64,000 nucleotides of DNA. Source: Candidatus Hydrogenedentota bacterium (GTDB taxonomy: Bacteria; Hydrogenedentota; Hydrogenedentia; Hydrogenedentales; SLHB01). The notes beneath the pieces are model-generated. The model did not search any database. It saw nothing but the letters and a program-made list of their open reading frames with translations, and had not been told where the DNA came from. The stretch is from positions 25,197 through 89,196 of the forward strand of contig BTWA01000026.1 of NCBI GenBank assembly GCA_045863295.1, written 5' to 3'. This document shows, one piece after another, positions 37,089 to 47,730 of this stretch; within the stretch, counting starts at the first letter, position 1; each line of letters begins with the position of its first letter. A program made the position numbers and the translations under genes.

Positions 37089-39935
37089 ATGGTCTACCTG
37101 ATGATGTTACTGGCAAGTTTGGGGTCGAACGAACCGCTCGTGTTCGAAGCCGACTCGTTTCGATATGTGCTCTCCCGAAACGCCACCAGTGTTGCATTCG
37201 TAGACAAGACCACTGGCCAGGATTATTGCGACAACACAAGCGGCATCCCGTTCGCAGTATGGATTGACGAACGTGCCCACCCCGCATCCAGCGCTACGCT
37301 GGTCGACGGACAACTCGTAGTGCAATTCACCGACGCCAGCAGGCAAGCCACGTTTCGGGTAACACCATCTAAACAAAGTCTTGTATTCGAACTCGTCTCC
37401 TTGTCTCCCGCAAGTACGCCGTTGCGTGAACTCCAGTTTGCAACTATTCCGCTAACGCTGAAAGGGACCTTGGAGGAGCCGTTTGCCGTCAGCCCGCTGG
37501 CGCTGAATATCGAAACATATTGCCCGACGATTCCCGGATACACTGCAACCCTTCCGGGAGTCAAATGCTTCGAAAAGTTGGGAATGGTGGGAGCCGCGGT
37601 CGCCATTGTCGGGTGCCCTTCGCCTCAACTTCGAGATGCACTAAAAGACGCGATCACCGGAGCCCCAGGCATCCCTCAGTCGTCCAACGGCGGACCGTGG
37701 GCCATGGACTCGCCGATCAACCAACAGTCCTACTTCCTGGACACCACCGGCAAAGTGAACGAACAAACGGTATCCTCATGGATCGACATGCTGAACGCGC
37801 TTGGAATAAAGCAGCTGGACTTACACGGCGGTTATGCGTTTCGATTCGGCGACTATATGCCAAACCCCGCCGAGTATCCCAACGGCAGGGAAAGCCTCAA
37901 AGCCGTGGTCAATGCCCTTCACGACGCGGGCATTGCCGCTGGCCTGCACACGTACGCTATGTTCATTGCGAAAGACACTCCGTGGGTAACGCCCATCCCG
38001 GATCCGGGTCTGGCAAAGAATGCACAGTTCACTCTGGCTACGGATCTGACTACTGCTGATACAACGGTGCCGGTACTTGAAAGTACCGAATTAATGTCTC
38101 CGCTCACCGGCTTTCATCACAGAAACAGCGCCACGATTCAAATCGATGACGAGTTGATCGTGTTCTCCAATGTATCCAAAATTGAACCCTACGCATTTAC
38201 TGAATGCACGCGCGGCGCATACGGCACCGCCATCGCATTCCACGACAAAGGCGCAAACGTCTATCATCTCAAGGAATGCTTCGGCCTGTTCGCGCCGGAT
38301 CCTGAATCCGACCTGTTTCATAAGGTGATCGCCGAAACAGCAAAGACCTACAACGAGTGCGGATTCGACATGATGTATATGGATGCCCTGGATGGGTCCG
38401 ACGTACTCGACGTAAAGGCTGGCGGTGAGTTCGGCTGGTATTATGCGGCCAAATTTACCTACGAATTGATGCGCCAACTGAAGAAACCGCCCCTGATGGA
38501 AATGAGCACATTCGGACATCACCTGTGGGCCGTGCGCTCACGCATGGGCGCATGGGATGCCTGCCAGCGCGCACCACATACATTTGCCGACATCCATGTG
38601 CTGTCCAACAACGAATGGCGAAAGCATTTTCTACCAACCAATCTGGGTTGGTGGGGCGTGTTTCCATGGAGCGGTGTGCAACCAAAGCGCTCCTTGCCGG
38701 AAGACGTCGAGTACATATGCGCAAAGGCGCTCGGGACCAACAGCAGCTTGTCCCTGCTTTTGGGTTTCAATCCCGCAACATACCCAACCAGCGACAACCA
38801 GCAGCGGCTGGGCTCCATCATCCAACGTTATGAAAACCTGCGGCTGCAGGGAAGCCTTCCAGAATCCATTCGTGACCAACTGGCAAAGCCAGGACAAGCG
38901 TTTCATCTGGATACCAGTGTGAAGGGAACGTACCGTATTCGTCCTGCGGCATATTTACGTCACGACGTCAACTCGTCCAGCGGCGCGGAATCGTGGACAG
39001 TCGACAACCCGTTCAGTTCGCAATTGCCAAGTATCCGCATCGAAACACAGCTTTCCGCCCATGCCTATGACTCTGAGAAGTCGGCCGTCATAGAGGATTT
39101 TGGAGATCTCGGGGCGTATAACCCCGTGCAGACGCCCCCCGGAGTCACAGCGAACTTTACCGTCGTCAGCAACCCTACAAAGGTAGACGGCGTTAGTGCC
39201 GCATTCACCGCCAAGAATGACTCGGCCGACAGGTACCGTTCCTGGGCAACAGTGGGTCGCATGTTTGATCCGCCCATTGACTTGAACAATCGAGGCTTGG
39301 GACTCTGGATCCACGGTGACGGTAAAGGCGAAATTCTCAATATTCAAATCAGATCGCCGAAGCATGTCACGTTCGCCCTCACGGAACACTATGTTCGCAT
39401 CGATTTCTCCGGATGGCGCTACGTTGAGTTGATCGAATCGGAAGACTACACAATAGAACATTACGAATGGCCCTACTCCGTGCCACGTAGCGAATGGGAG
39501 AAGAACCTCGCTTCCGCCATGAGTTTTGCCTATCCCGTGTATCATGCTCATCTGAACTACGGTCAGATTGGTGAACTCCACATCGCGGTGAATGACATTC
39601 CACCTGGAGAAGAAATTCAGGTATACCTGAGCCCAATAAGAAGCGTGCGCCATCGGATCGTAGAGCTTCGCAATCCTGGCATCACAATAAACGGTACCGC
39701 AATCGCCATTCCCGTGGCGTTGGAAAGCGGCCAAATGCTTGAGCTCGTGCCGCCGCGAAGCTTTACACTGCTCGACAAAGACGGCGAGCAGATTTCAAGC
39801 GGGGTCCTTGATCACGACCTGCCCCAACTCCACTCCGGCCCGAATGCATTTTCGTTTACCTGCCTACCCCCGGAATCCGCCTCCGCACATGCGCGAATTA
39901 CCGTGACCGCGTTCGGCGATCCCCTTGTCGAGTAG
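37089..39935 (+). CDS. Large hypothetical protein, probable glycoside hydrolase-like TIM barrel with CBM-like C-terminus
   Basis: YPNG.ESLKAVVNALHDAGIAAGLHT, GFDMMYMDALDG, GLWIHGDGKG…IDFSGWRYV; the ORF-track start at 36708 overlaps the divergent gene, so ATG 37089 is preferred. Confidence 0.7.
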   Translation: MVYLMMLLASLGSNEPLVFEADSFRYVLSRNATSVAFVDKTTGQDYCDNTSGIPFAVWIDERAHPASSATLVDGQLVVQFTDASRQATFRVTPSKQSLVFELVSLSPASTPLRELQFATIPLTLKGTLEEPFAVSPLALNIETYCPTIPGYTATLPGVKCFEKLGMVGAAVAIVGCPSPQLRDALKDAITGAPGIPQSSNGGPWAMDSPINQQSYFLDTTGKVNEQTVSSWIDMLNALGIKQLDLHGGYAFRFGDYMPNPAEYPNGRESLKAVVNALHDAGIAAGLHTYAMFIAKDTPWVTPIPDPGLAKNAQFTLATDLTTADTTVPVLESTELMSPLTGFHHRNSATIQIDDELIVFSNVSKIEPYAFTECTRGAYGTAIAFHDKGANVYHLKECFGLFAPDPESDLFHKVIAETAKTYNECGFDMMYMDALDGSDVLDVKAGGEFGWYYAAKFTYELMRQLKKPPLMEMSTFGHHLWAVRSRMGAWDACQRAPHTFADIHVLSNNEWRKHFLPTNLGWWGVFPWSGVQPKRSLPEDVEYICAKALGTNSSLSLLLGFNPATYPTSDNQQRLGSIIQRYENLRLQGSLPESIRDQLAKPGQAFHLDTSVKGTYRIRPAAYLRHDVNSSSGAESWTVDNPFSSQLPSIRIETQLSAHAYDSEKSAVIEDFGDLGAYNPVQTPPGVTANFTVVSNPTKVDGVSAAFTAKNDSADRYRSWATVGRMFDPPIDLNNRGLGLWIHGDGKGEILNIQIRSPKHVTFALTEHYVRIDFSGWRYVELIESEDYTIEHYEWPYSVPRSEWEKNLASAMSFAYPVYHAHLNYGQIGELHIAVNDIPPGEEIQVYLSPIRSVRHRIVELRNPGITINGTAIAIPVALESGQMLELVPPRSFTLLDKDGEQISSGVLDHDLPQLHSGPNAFSFTCLPPESASAHARITVTAFGDPLVE

Positions 39936-39958
39936 TGGCCTCGGGCAGGATGACTCGC

Positions 39959-40426
39959 TCATGAAGTTTGTGCGGTTTTCAGGTAGTCCGCCAAACGCTC
40001 GAAGTTTTCTTCATTCGCACTGCGTATGATATCCCGGACCGAGTCGCATTCCTCAGCCGATTCGAACACCATGCGCCACTCCAGTCGGCTCCCGGCGCCG
40101 TCCACCGAAAAGCGCATGGTCATCCGGAATCCGTGCGTCGGCTGTATGTGATCGAACACAATGCAGTCGGGCTTCGCTATGGCAACAAAGCGCTTATGCA
40201 ACTCATACCGCGTTCCATCCGGACCCTGCATCTCAAACCGCCATATCCCGCCGGGCCGGAGGTCGAATTCGTAAAATGTATTGGTAAACCCCTTTGGTCC
40301 CCACCAGTGAATGAGATGCTCGGGCTGTTCAAACATGGAGTACAAGGCCTCCCTACTCGCATCAAACGTTCGGTAACTTACAATCTCGTTGCGCTCCGGC
40401 AACCCGTACCCTTCTTCTGATTGCAT
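39959..40426 (-). CDS. SRPBCC/AHSA1 (START-like) domain protein
   Basis: RTFDASRE.LY, HWWGPKGF, FDLRPGG.WRF.M.GPDG. Confidence 0.9.
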   Translation of the reverse strand: MQSEEGYGLPERNEIVSYRTFDASREALYSMFEQPEHLIHWWGPKGFTNTFYEFDLRPGGIWRFEMQGPDGTRYELHKRFVAIAKPDCIVFDHIQPTHGFRMTMRFSVDGAGSRLEWRMVFESAEECDSVRDIIRSANEENFERLADYLKTAQTS

Positions 40427-40620
40427 CGTGCCTCTCCGGTATCTGTCCGTCTAATTAAGGTCGATTGAGTCAGCACAAAATCGACACCTCGACCGAATAG
40501 TCAGACCGGTCTGTTTCCGATTTCAGAACAATAGCCAAACCAACGTGTCACTTCCATGGCTTCCAAAAGTCGCTCTCCAAGCGCCGGCGTCGCGCTCGGG
40601 TTGCAGTCAACGCAACCCGC

Positions 40621-42000
40621 ATGACATTCTGTGGGCCGGGTACAACTGTGAGGGTGCAAGGCATGCGCAAAATGGGTTGGTCAGTTCGTTCCAGGGCCTT
40701 GATCGTAGTTGCGGTAGCATTGTGCGCGGGCTACGGCGGCGCATTGGGGGCCGAGTCGCCGGACTGGCCCGAATTCCGAGGCCCGACCGGCAACGGACAC
40801 GTAACTTCACCGGAGGCGGATGCCACCCCTTCCCTCCCTGTTCGCTGGAGTGAGTCTGAAAACGTCGTGTGGAAAACGGCTACACCAAACTTGGGCTGGT
40901 CTACACCCGTCGTTCTCGAAAACGACATCTGGATTACGGCGGCAACCGAAGACGGCCACGACTATTACGCCATGTGTATTGATTACGAAACCGGCGACGT
41001 TCGACTCAATGAACACCTCTTCCATACCGATACTCCAGAGCCCTTGGGCAACGGCGTGAATTGCTATGCCTCGCCCTCGCCCGTAATTGAACCTGGCCGT
41101 GTATACGTTCACTTTGGAAGCTACGGTACCGCATGTCTCGACACGGCAACCGGAAAGCCCATCTGGAAACGCGACGATCTACGTTGCAGACATTACCGCG
41201 GGCCGGGGTCGTCTGCCATGCTCTTCGAGAATCTGCTCGTGCTCACGTTTGACGGCGTAGATGCACAGTACGTTGCCGCGCTGGACAAGAATACGGGCGA
41301 CACGGTATGGAAAACCGACCGGACCACAGCTTGGCAGGATCTCGATGAATCCGGACAACCGAAACGCGAAGGCGACTTTCGAAAAGCCTACAGCACTCCG
41401 CTCGTGTACGATACAGGAGAGCGGCTCGAATTGATGTCCGTAGGCTCATCGTCCGCATTCGCCTACGATCCCAGATCGGGAAAGGAACTATGGATGGCCC
41501 GCATCAGCGGATACACTCCCGCGTCGCGCCCGGTCTATGGCAACGGCCTGGTCTACTTCACCTCGGGCCGAGGTAAACAGGAACTCATGGCCTATCGCCC
41601 GGGTGGTAACGGTGACGTTACCGATTCCAATCTCGTCTGGAAAATGGAAGGTCCCGAAGTGCCACAGGAATCGTCGCCGGTTCTAGTGGACGATCTGCTC
41701 TTCATAGTCAGCAACAACGCAACGGCATCGTGTCTGGAGGCGGCCACCGGTGAAGTGCTCTGGCAAGAGAGGTTAGGAGGCAACTTTGTCGCTTCGCCCA
41801 TCTACGGAAACGGCCTCTTGTACTTCTGCAACATGCAGGGAGAGGCCAATGTCGTCAAGGCCGCCCGATCGTTCGAAGTGCTGTCTACGAATCACCTGGA
41901 TGCGGGATTCATGGCCTCGCCCGCCGTTAAGGGAAACTCGCTAATCCTGCGCACAAAGACGCATCTCTATCGTATCGAAGATCGCGCGGTGAAAAGCTGA
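40621..42000 (+). CDS. PQQ-binding-like beta-propeller protein
   Basis: DWPEFRGPTGNG, WSESENVVWK, ASPSPV, ASPAV…LILRT; true start may be about 40663. Confidence 0.88.
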   Translation: MTFCGPGTTVRVQGMRKMGWSVRSRALIVVAVALCAGYGGALGAESPDWPEFRGPTGNGHVTSPEADATPSLPVRWSESENVVWKTATPNLGWSTPVVLENDIWITAATEDGHDYYAMCIDYETGDVRLNEHLFHTDTPEPLGNGVNCYASPSPVIEPGRVYVHFGSYGTACLDTATGKPIWKRDDLRCRHYRGPGSSAMLFENLLVLTFDGVDAQYVAALDKNTGDTVWKTDRTTAWQDLDESGQPKREGDFRKAYSTPLVYDTGERLELMSVGSSSAFAYDPRSGKELWMARISGYTPASRPVYGNGLVYFTSGRGKQELMAYRPGGNGDVTDSNLVWKMEGPEVPQESSPVLVDDLLFIVSNNATASCLEAATGEVLWQERLGGNFVASPIYGNGLLYFCNMQGEANVVKAARSFEVLSTNHLDAGFMASPAVKGNSLILRTKTHLYRIEDRAVKS

Positions 42001-42018
42001 CCATCCATAAACCAAGCC

Positions 42019-43779
42019 TTGTACATTCACCAGGAACACAACATGCACCCATCTTCGGGCGAAACGGAAGAAATCAAAGCCAATGCACTAAGCGCCGGAC
42101 GTATGCGACTATGGCCGGCGGTCGCCATATGCGTGGGTCACCTGGCATTGTTATGGGTAGCGCTGGCATCTCCCACCATTATCATGAACGCCGTGGGCAT
42201 TGTTGGCGCACCTGTACTGGCAACGCTTCTTCTAATCATCTGGTGGATGACGGCATCGCGCTCACCGTGGCGGATTCGGTTGGCCGGCCTGATGCTATAC
42301 CTCGCTATAATTGCCTGGATCGTACTTTCCCAGCCGCATGATGGCATCCGCATGCTTATAGTCGCGTTACCCGCTTTGAATTTTGGCTTAGTGGCCGCGC
42401 TCGTGGCTACGTACCGGGTCCCGCGCATCCAAATGGCAATGGCGATAGTAGTGTTGCTCGTAGGCGCGGTTGCGTTCCCTCTATTCCGAATCACCGACGT
42501 GAACAGCAATCTCTCGCCCGTGCTCGGGTGGCGCTGGACACCCACCTCGGAGGAACTGCTCGCGTCAACCACCACGGCCCACAAACCGGGCGCGCGGGCA
42601 GAAGTGCCGGCGCAGGCGGCGCCCGAAGACTGGCCCGGATTCCGTGGGGCCAACCGGGATGGTGTCGCGAAAGGCGTCGAATTCGCTCTGAATTGGCAGG
42701 AAAACCCGCCCAAAGAATTGTGGCGGCGCCGGGTAGGGTTGGGGTTCTCATCGTTTGCCGCGGTGGGCGACTACCTCTTCACCCAGGAGCAACGATTTGA
42801 CGACGAGGCCGTCGTGTGCTACGGCGCCGCCACCGGCGATGAAATCTGGCTGACCGCCGTGAAGGCACGATTTGAAGATTCCACCGGTTCGGGCCCGCGA
42901 GCGACACCCACATTCGAGGGGGGAAAGATCTACGCACAGGGCGCCACCGGCATACTTCATTGTCTGGATGCGGCTACCGGCGCACCGCTCTGGCAGAAGG
43001 ACATTGGAGAAGATACAGGCGCGGGGCTTCCAACCTGGGGCTTTGCCAGCTCACCCTTGGTCACGGATAAGCACGTCATCATTTTTTCCGGCGGACCGGA
43101 AGGTAAAAGCGTAGCCGCATACGACAAACTAACGGGGAATCGCGCTTGGCATGCCGGCGGAGGAACCCACGGCTATGCCTCTGCGCAGCAATTCTCAATA
43201 GACGGCGCGGCCCAAATCTTGATGGCGAGCAGTCTGGGCATTCAATCCTTTGCACCGGAAACGGGCTCACTCATGTGGGAACATCGTTGGCCGGTAAGCA
43301 CCAATCCACGCGTGGTTCAACCCCTGCTGTTCGACTCCAACGGCGTACTCCTCGGTACCGCCGAAGGCAAAGGCACACGCCTCCTTGAAGTCTCCAAGAC
43401 AAATGACACGTGGGCCGTTCAGGAAAAATGGACCACCAAGTCGTTCCGGCCCTATTTCAACGACTTCGTCTTCCACAACGGATACTGCTACGGATTCGAT
43501 GGAAATATGCTCGCTTGCATGGATGCTCGCACCGGGGATCGGAAATGGAAAGGCGATCGGTACGGCGGACAATTGCTGCTCGTTGAAGATTTGGAGGTGC
43601 TCGTCGTGCTCACCGAAAAAGGTAAAATCGCACTGGTAAAGGCAACCCCCGAATCATTCGAGGAAATCGCCGTGGTGGATGCACTTGCTGGAAAAACATG
43701 GAATCATCCCATCGTGGCGCACGGACGTCTCATCGTGCGAAACGCGGAAGAGGCTGTCTGTTTCGAGTTGCCCAAATAG
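42019..43779 (+). CDS. Multi-TM N-terminus + PQQ-like beta-propeller
   Basis: About 5 hydrophobic helices, then DWPGFRGANRDG, GPRATPT, GFASSP, KTWNHP…LIVRN. Confidence 0.88.
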   Translation: MYIHQEHNMHPSSGETEEIKANALSAGRMRLWPAVAICVGHLALLWVALASPTIIMNAVGIVGAPVLATLLLIIWWMTASRSPWRIRLAGLMLYLAIIAWIVLSQPHDGIRMLIVALPALNFGLVAALVATYRVPRIQMAMAIVVLLVGAVAFPLFRITDVNSNLSPVLGWRWTPTSEELLASTTTAHKPGARAEVPAQAAPEDWPGFRGANRDGVAKGVEFALNWQENPPKELWRRRVGLGFSSFAAVGDYLFTQEQRFDDEAVVCYGAATGDEIWLTAVKARFEDSTGSGPRATPTFEGGKIYAQGATGILHCLDAATGAPLWQKDIGEDTGAGLPTWGFASSPLVTDKHVIIFSGGPEGKSVAAYDKLTGNRAWHAGGGTHGYASAQQFSIDGAAQILMASSLGIQSFAPETGSLMWEHRWPVSTNPRVVQPLLFDSNGVLLGTAEGKGTRLLEVSKTNDTWAVQEKWTTKSFRPYFNDFVFHNGYCYGFDGNMLACMDARTGDRKWKGDRYGGQLLLVEDLEVLVVLTEKGKIALVKATPESFEEIAVVDALAGKTWNHPIVAHGRLIVRNAEEAVCFELPK

Positions 43780-43783
43780 ATTC

Positions 43784-46700
43784 CTACTCGGTGCGAAGCA
43801 CATCCACGTCGGTGCGCCGCAATCCCGCGGCAATGCCAAGACCCGCGAATACGGCCGCGATCCCAAGCACGGACGCAAAAACAGTCAATCGCCAGATCGG
43901 CGATCCGTGATAGTGCGATGCGGTCATGGAGGGAAGCATCGCCACGACAGAGGCAACGGCGCCGGCGGCCGTGCCCGAAACCAACAAGAGTCCATACTCG
44001 CATGCCAACAGTCGTACGATGCCCTTGTGAGTAAATCCAACTGTACGCAAGAGCGCGATTTCGCGCCGGCGCTCAAGCAGATTCCGCAACACCACCACGC
44101 CGGAGGCTGTCGCCCCCAGCAATAGCCCGATGCCGCCCAAAACAAGAAACATATTCAGATACGTGCCCTCCACCGCATGAAACATCGCGAGCCTGTCCGG
44201 AGTTGTGGTCACGTCCATGCCGTAGCGATCAAAGGCGCGCTGAATGGAATCTGCGGTGCCGTCAACATGGTCGAACGGAACGTCCACCAAGAAAACTCGA
44301 AACCCTTCTTGCGAGGGCCACAGCGCCGTGAAAGTCTTCGCCGAAATCAGTATAGTACCTTGAAACACGGATAGCCGCATGGGCAACCGCCCTACCAACT
44401 TCACCGAAATGTCGCGTCCCGCCTCGTCGGTGTACGCAAGGATATCACCGGTCTCAGGATCCGCTTTTTTGCGCAACGTCCACATCGCTGTGTCGGAATC
44501 GCCTACAAGCGCGGGCACAATACCCTCACCATAGTCCTGCTCAAGCAGGGACCAGATCCCGGATTCCGATTCCCCCGTGAATGCACCCAACTCGGCCATC
44601 TGACTTTCATCGATCCCAAGTACCCGCGGGCGGATCGCACGGTTCAGATTCAGGCAACTGGCATCGTCCCCCTCAAACACACGAATCCCCACGGCGGACG
44701 CAACGGGAGCCGCTTCTTCGAACTCATCAATAGATAGAACAGGCAAGGTTGATTCAGCAAACAACTCGAAGCCGCCTGTGCCCGACCAACGCTGGTCCGC
44801 GTTCGCACGTACGTCCGATTGCATGGAAGATACGGCAATGACCAGGAATCCACCCGCGGCAATCGACGACACCAGACCCATGCTACGTCCGCGCCGGCGA
44901 GTCGCGTTCAATGTGGCCAGCGAAAACGTGCTTGGGACACGGTCAATACAGGCATTCCTGGTCCGGAAGATAAAAAATCGGCAAAGAAAAAGTCCTGACA
45001 CAAGCATTAGAAATCCGGATCCGAAAAAGATCCCCGCCAAATCCGTTGGCGGAGATATGTACGCAAGGAAGACCAACCCCATCGACGCCGCAAACGCGAC
45101 CAGCCCTGTCACAAGCCCTTTTCGGCCTACAGGCTTTCGCTGATCGGCCTGAGTAAAATCGGCATGGAGTAAGTCTACCGCGTGGTTGGTCAAAAGCCGC
45201 CGCAAGGCAAGAGTCACGGCGATAAGCGCACACAGTACAATGGAAATAGACCCGACCACGAAACTCTGAATTTGCGCGTCAAACAGGATCGGAATGCGGC
45301 CCACTGCGTCCTGCCATCCATGCGATAGACCAAGCAACAACAGCCAAGCGTATAACGTACCCAACACCGATCCAATCACTGCTCCCGGAAGCGCGATCAG
45401 CAACGCCTCGGTCAATAAAGAAAACCGGATCGCCCGTCGGGTCATACCAAGTGCGGCGAGAAGCCCAATCTCAGGAGCGCGCTGCTGTGAACCAAACGCG
45501 TACAACATGCCTGTCAACAGCAATGCAGACCCAAGAAGAAACAGACTCATGCCGAGGAACAACCCGCCCAAATCCATGGCCTGTGACGTCGCCTGATCCG
45601 CTTCCTCTCGCACGGGACGCACCTCAATGCCTGCGTCACGAGGTCCGATCACTTTTGTAAGACTGCTCATCAGGCCTTCCGGTGTAGCCGATCCTGCGTC
45701 AAACCGCACGGCCGAGAGCCGCCCAAACCGGTTTGCCCACATGGCTTGACCGGCCGCAAGAGAAACGATGGCCTTGGGCGTCTGCCGAAACTCTTTCCAA
45801 TACGCCTCGTTCGCGTCATCTTCGAGAAGAGCCTCGTCCATCGGCATGCCTATTTTCCAGTCCTTGCAACTCTCGACGTTGCTCAGCCCGGGAAACTCCG
45901 GCACAAGGTCCTTTTCGATCGTGAAATCCGCCATCGGTAAAACCCGCTTGACAGTGAACTCGCGCGACCTCTCTTCGAATTGATTCGAAGGCATGACTTC
46001 CACATACGTCACGGTAAGTCGATCGCCGGCTTGCACCTGTAACTGCGTGGCGAGCCACTCATTGATCACCATCTCATCTTCGGCGAGTTCGCGCGAAAGC
46101 GCGCCCCCGGCTGTCATGAACGAATACGGCGTCATTCGTTCGCCATGGTGAATGGTATTGACAAGATACGACAGCGCGCCATCGGCGCCAGGCAACGACA
46201 GCGCGGCCCGCTCTGTCGCCTCATCCAGGAAAATGCGGTCGGATTCCAACTGCAAAATACCGTCGGTACGGCTGCGAACGTGGATCCCCGCGTACTCTGG
46301 CTTCCAACTGGCTTTCAACGCGGATTCTACCTCGGACTGCGACGGTCCCGCGCCAACAAGCATCAGATTAACTTGTTCAGGGCTATCCGAAAGTTCCTGC
46401 AGATCCGCCAGCCGCACAAACACATTGTAAGGAGGGATCTGACTGGGCGCGAGACTGAACTGTCCCATACCGCGATCGGAGGCCACATGCGCGACCGTGA
46501 AATTGGCGCGTTGTGAGGACTCTTCCTCCCGGGAAGAAAGCGGCGCATCGCGGGAAAGCAACCCCGGTGTCGGAATCCGCAATGCAATCATATCGCCTAC
46601 GTTTACGCCAAGCCTGGAGGCGACACGCTCATCCACAACGGCCTCGCGCCGGCCAAGATTCAGTGATCCGGAATCGCCGAATGTCCAAAATGTCTCGTCA

Positions 46701-47044
46701 ACCCCTATCACCTGCGCACGGTTAATTTGTGTTCGGCCGCCCGAGGAGGGATCCTGGTAAAGGGCCATCCCGCGAAGCGCCAATACAGGCGCCACCGGCG
46801 CGGAAATCGACTTTCCAAGGGCCTCCGACGATTCCTGATCGAAAATCCGCTCGAATGACGCGATGGCATACTCGACACTGCCCAAGCGTTGTAAAGCGAA
46901 CGTCTTTAACGTATGGTCTACCGAGTCGCCCACCACCAGGGCCCCGGTGAGTATCATGGAAGCCACCGCCGTTCCGGCAAAAAGTCCGCCATTCGCATAA
47001 CGGAAATAGAAAAGACTACGGACAATCAATTTCCACTTACTCAT
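43784..47044 (-). CDS. ABC transporter permease (MacB/FtsX-like, duplicated)
   Basis: GALVVGDSV, QQRAPEIGLLAALG, LERRREIALLRTVGF; two TM bundles with large extracytoplasmic domains. Confidence 0.9.
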   Translation of the reverse strand: MSKWKLIVRSLFYFRYANGGLFAGTAVASMILTGALVVGDSVDHTLKTFALQRLGSVEYAIASFERIFDQESSEALGKSISAPVAPVLALRGMALYQDPSSGGRTQINRAQVIGVDETFWTFGDSGSLNLGRREAVVDERVASRLGVNVGDMIALRIPTPGLLSRDAPLSSREEESSQRANFTVAHVASDRGMGQFSLAPSQIPPYNVFVRLADLQELSDSPEQVNLMLVGAGPSQSEVESALKASWKPEYAGIHVRSRTDGILQLESDRIFLDEATERAALSLPGADGALSYLVNTIHHGERMTPYSFMTAGGALSRELAEDEMVINEWLATQLQVQAGDRLTVTYVEVMPSNQFEERSREFTVKRVLPMADFTIEKDLVPEFPGLSNVESCKDWKIGMPMDEALLEDDANEAYWKEFRQTPKAIVSLAAGQAMWANRFGRLSAVRFDAGSATPEGLMSSLTKVIGPRDAGIEVRPVREEADQATSQAMDLGGLFLGMSLFLLGSALLLTGMLYAFGSQQRAPEIGLLAALGMTRRAIRFSLLTEALLIALPGAVIGSVLGTLYAWLLLLGLSHGWQDAVGRIPILFDAQIQSFVVGSISIVLCALIAVTLALRRLLTNHAVDLLHADFTQADQRKPVGRKGLVTGLVAFAASMGLVFLAYISPPTDLAGIFFGSGFLMLVSGLFLCRFFIFRTRNACIDRVPSTFSLATLNATRRRGRSMGLVSSIAAGGFLVIAVSSMQSDVRANADQRWSGTGGFELFAESTLPVLSIDEFEEAAPVASAVGIRVFEGDDASCLNLNRAIRPRVLGIDESQMAELGAFTGESESGIWSLLEQDYGEGIVPALVGDSDTAMWTLRKKADPETGDILAYTDEAGRDISVKLVGRLPMRLSVFQGTILISAKTFTALWPSQEGFRVFLVDVPFDHVDGTADSIQRAFDRYGMDVTTTPDRLAMFHAVEGTYLNMFLVLGGIGLLLGATASGVVVLRNLLERRREIALLRTVGFTHKGIVRLLACEYGLLLVSGTAAGAVASVVAMLPSMTASHYHGSPIWRLTVFASVLGIAAVFAGLGIAAGLRRTDVDVLRTE

Positions 47045-47726
47045 GGCGGCGGGTTCGCTCGATCAATGTGCCCTGTTGAAGTTCAAGGACACGGCCCATC
47101 ATTGCCGCAACTTCCTCGGAGTGAGTCACAAGTACGAGCGTGATGCCTTCAGACTTGTTAAGCTCCAACAGGAGTTCAACCAATTGGTGCGCGCCTTCTC
47201 GATTGAGCGACCCGGTAGGTTCGTCCGCAAGCAACAACTTGGGCCGGTTGATGATCGCGCGCACTACCGCCGCACGCTGCCTTTCCCCGCCGGAAATCTT
47301 GCCAGGCAAATGGTGCGCACGGGCCGAAAGCCCGACGCGCTCAAGCAATGCCTTCGCGCGGTGAACGGAATCGGTTGACGGATTCGCCATCGTCGGCACC
47401 AGAACATTCTCAAGCACCGTGCATTGCGGCAGCAGATGATGCAATTGAAATACAAACCCAACGTCCGTGCCTCGCAGGCGAGCCCGAACGGTTTCGTCTA
47501 TCGCACCAAGGTCCTGCCCATTCAAAACTATCTTTCCGGACGACGGTTGGTCCAATGTTCCCATCAGATTGAGCAATGTACTCTTGCCACACCCGGATGG
47601 ACCCAGAATTGCAGCACACTCACCCGGCTCAAGCCGAAGATGTACATCCCGAAGGACCCGCAGCGGTTGGGGCGAATCGGGATACTCTTTGCATACACTC
47701 TCCAAAGTGAGAATGGGATTGGACAC
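47037..47726 (-). CDS. ABC transporter ATP-binding protein (LolD/MacB-like)
   Basis: GPSGCGKST, GFVFQ.HHL, ISGGERQR, LLADEPTGSL, VTH. Confidence 0.95.
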   Translation of the reverse strand: MSNPILTLESVCKEYPDSPQPLRVLRDVHLRLEPGECAAILGPSGCGKSTLLNLMGTLDQPSSGKIVLNGQDLGAIDETVRARLRGTDVGFVFQLHHLLPQCTVLENVLVPTMANPSTDSVHRAKALLERVGLSARAHHLPGKISGGERQRAAVVRAIINRPKLLLADEPTGSLNREGAHQLVELLLELNKSEGITLVLVTHSEEVAAMMGRVLELQQGTLIERTRRHE

Positions 47727-47730
47727 GACT

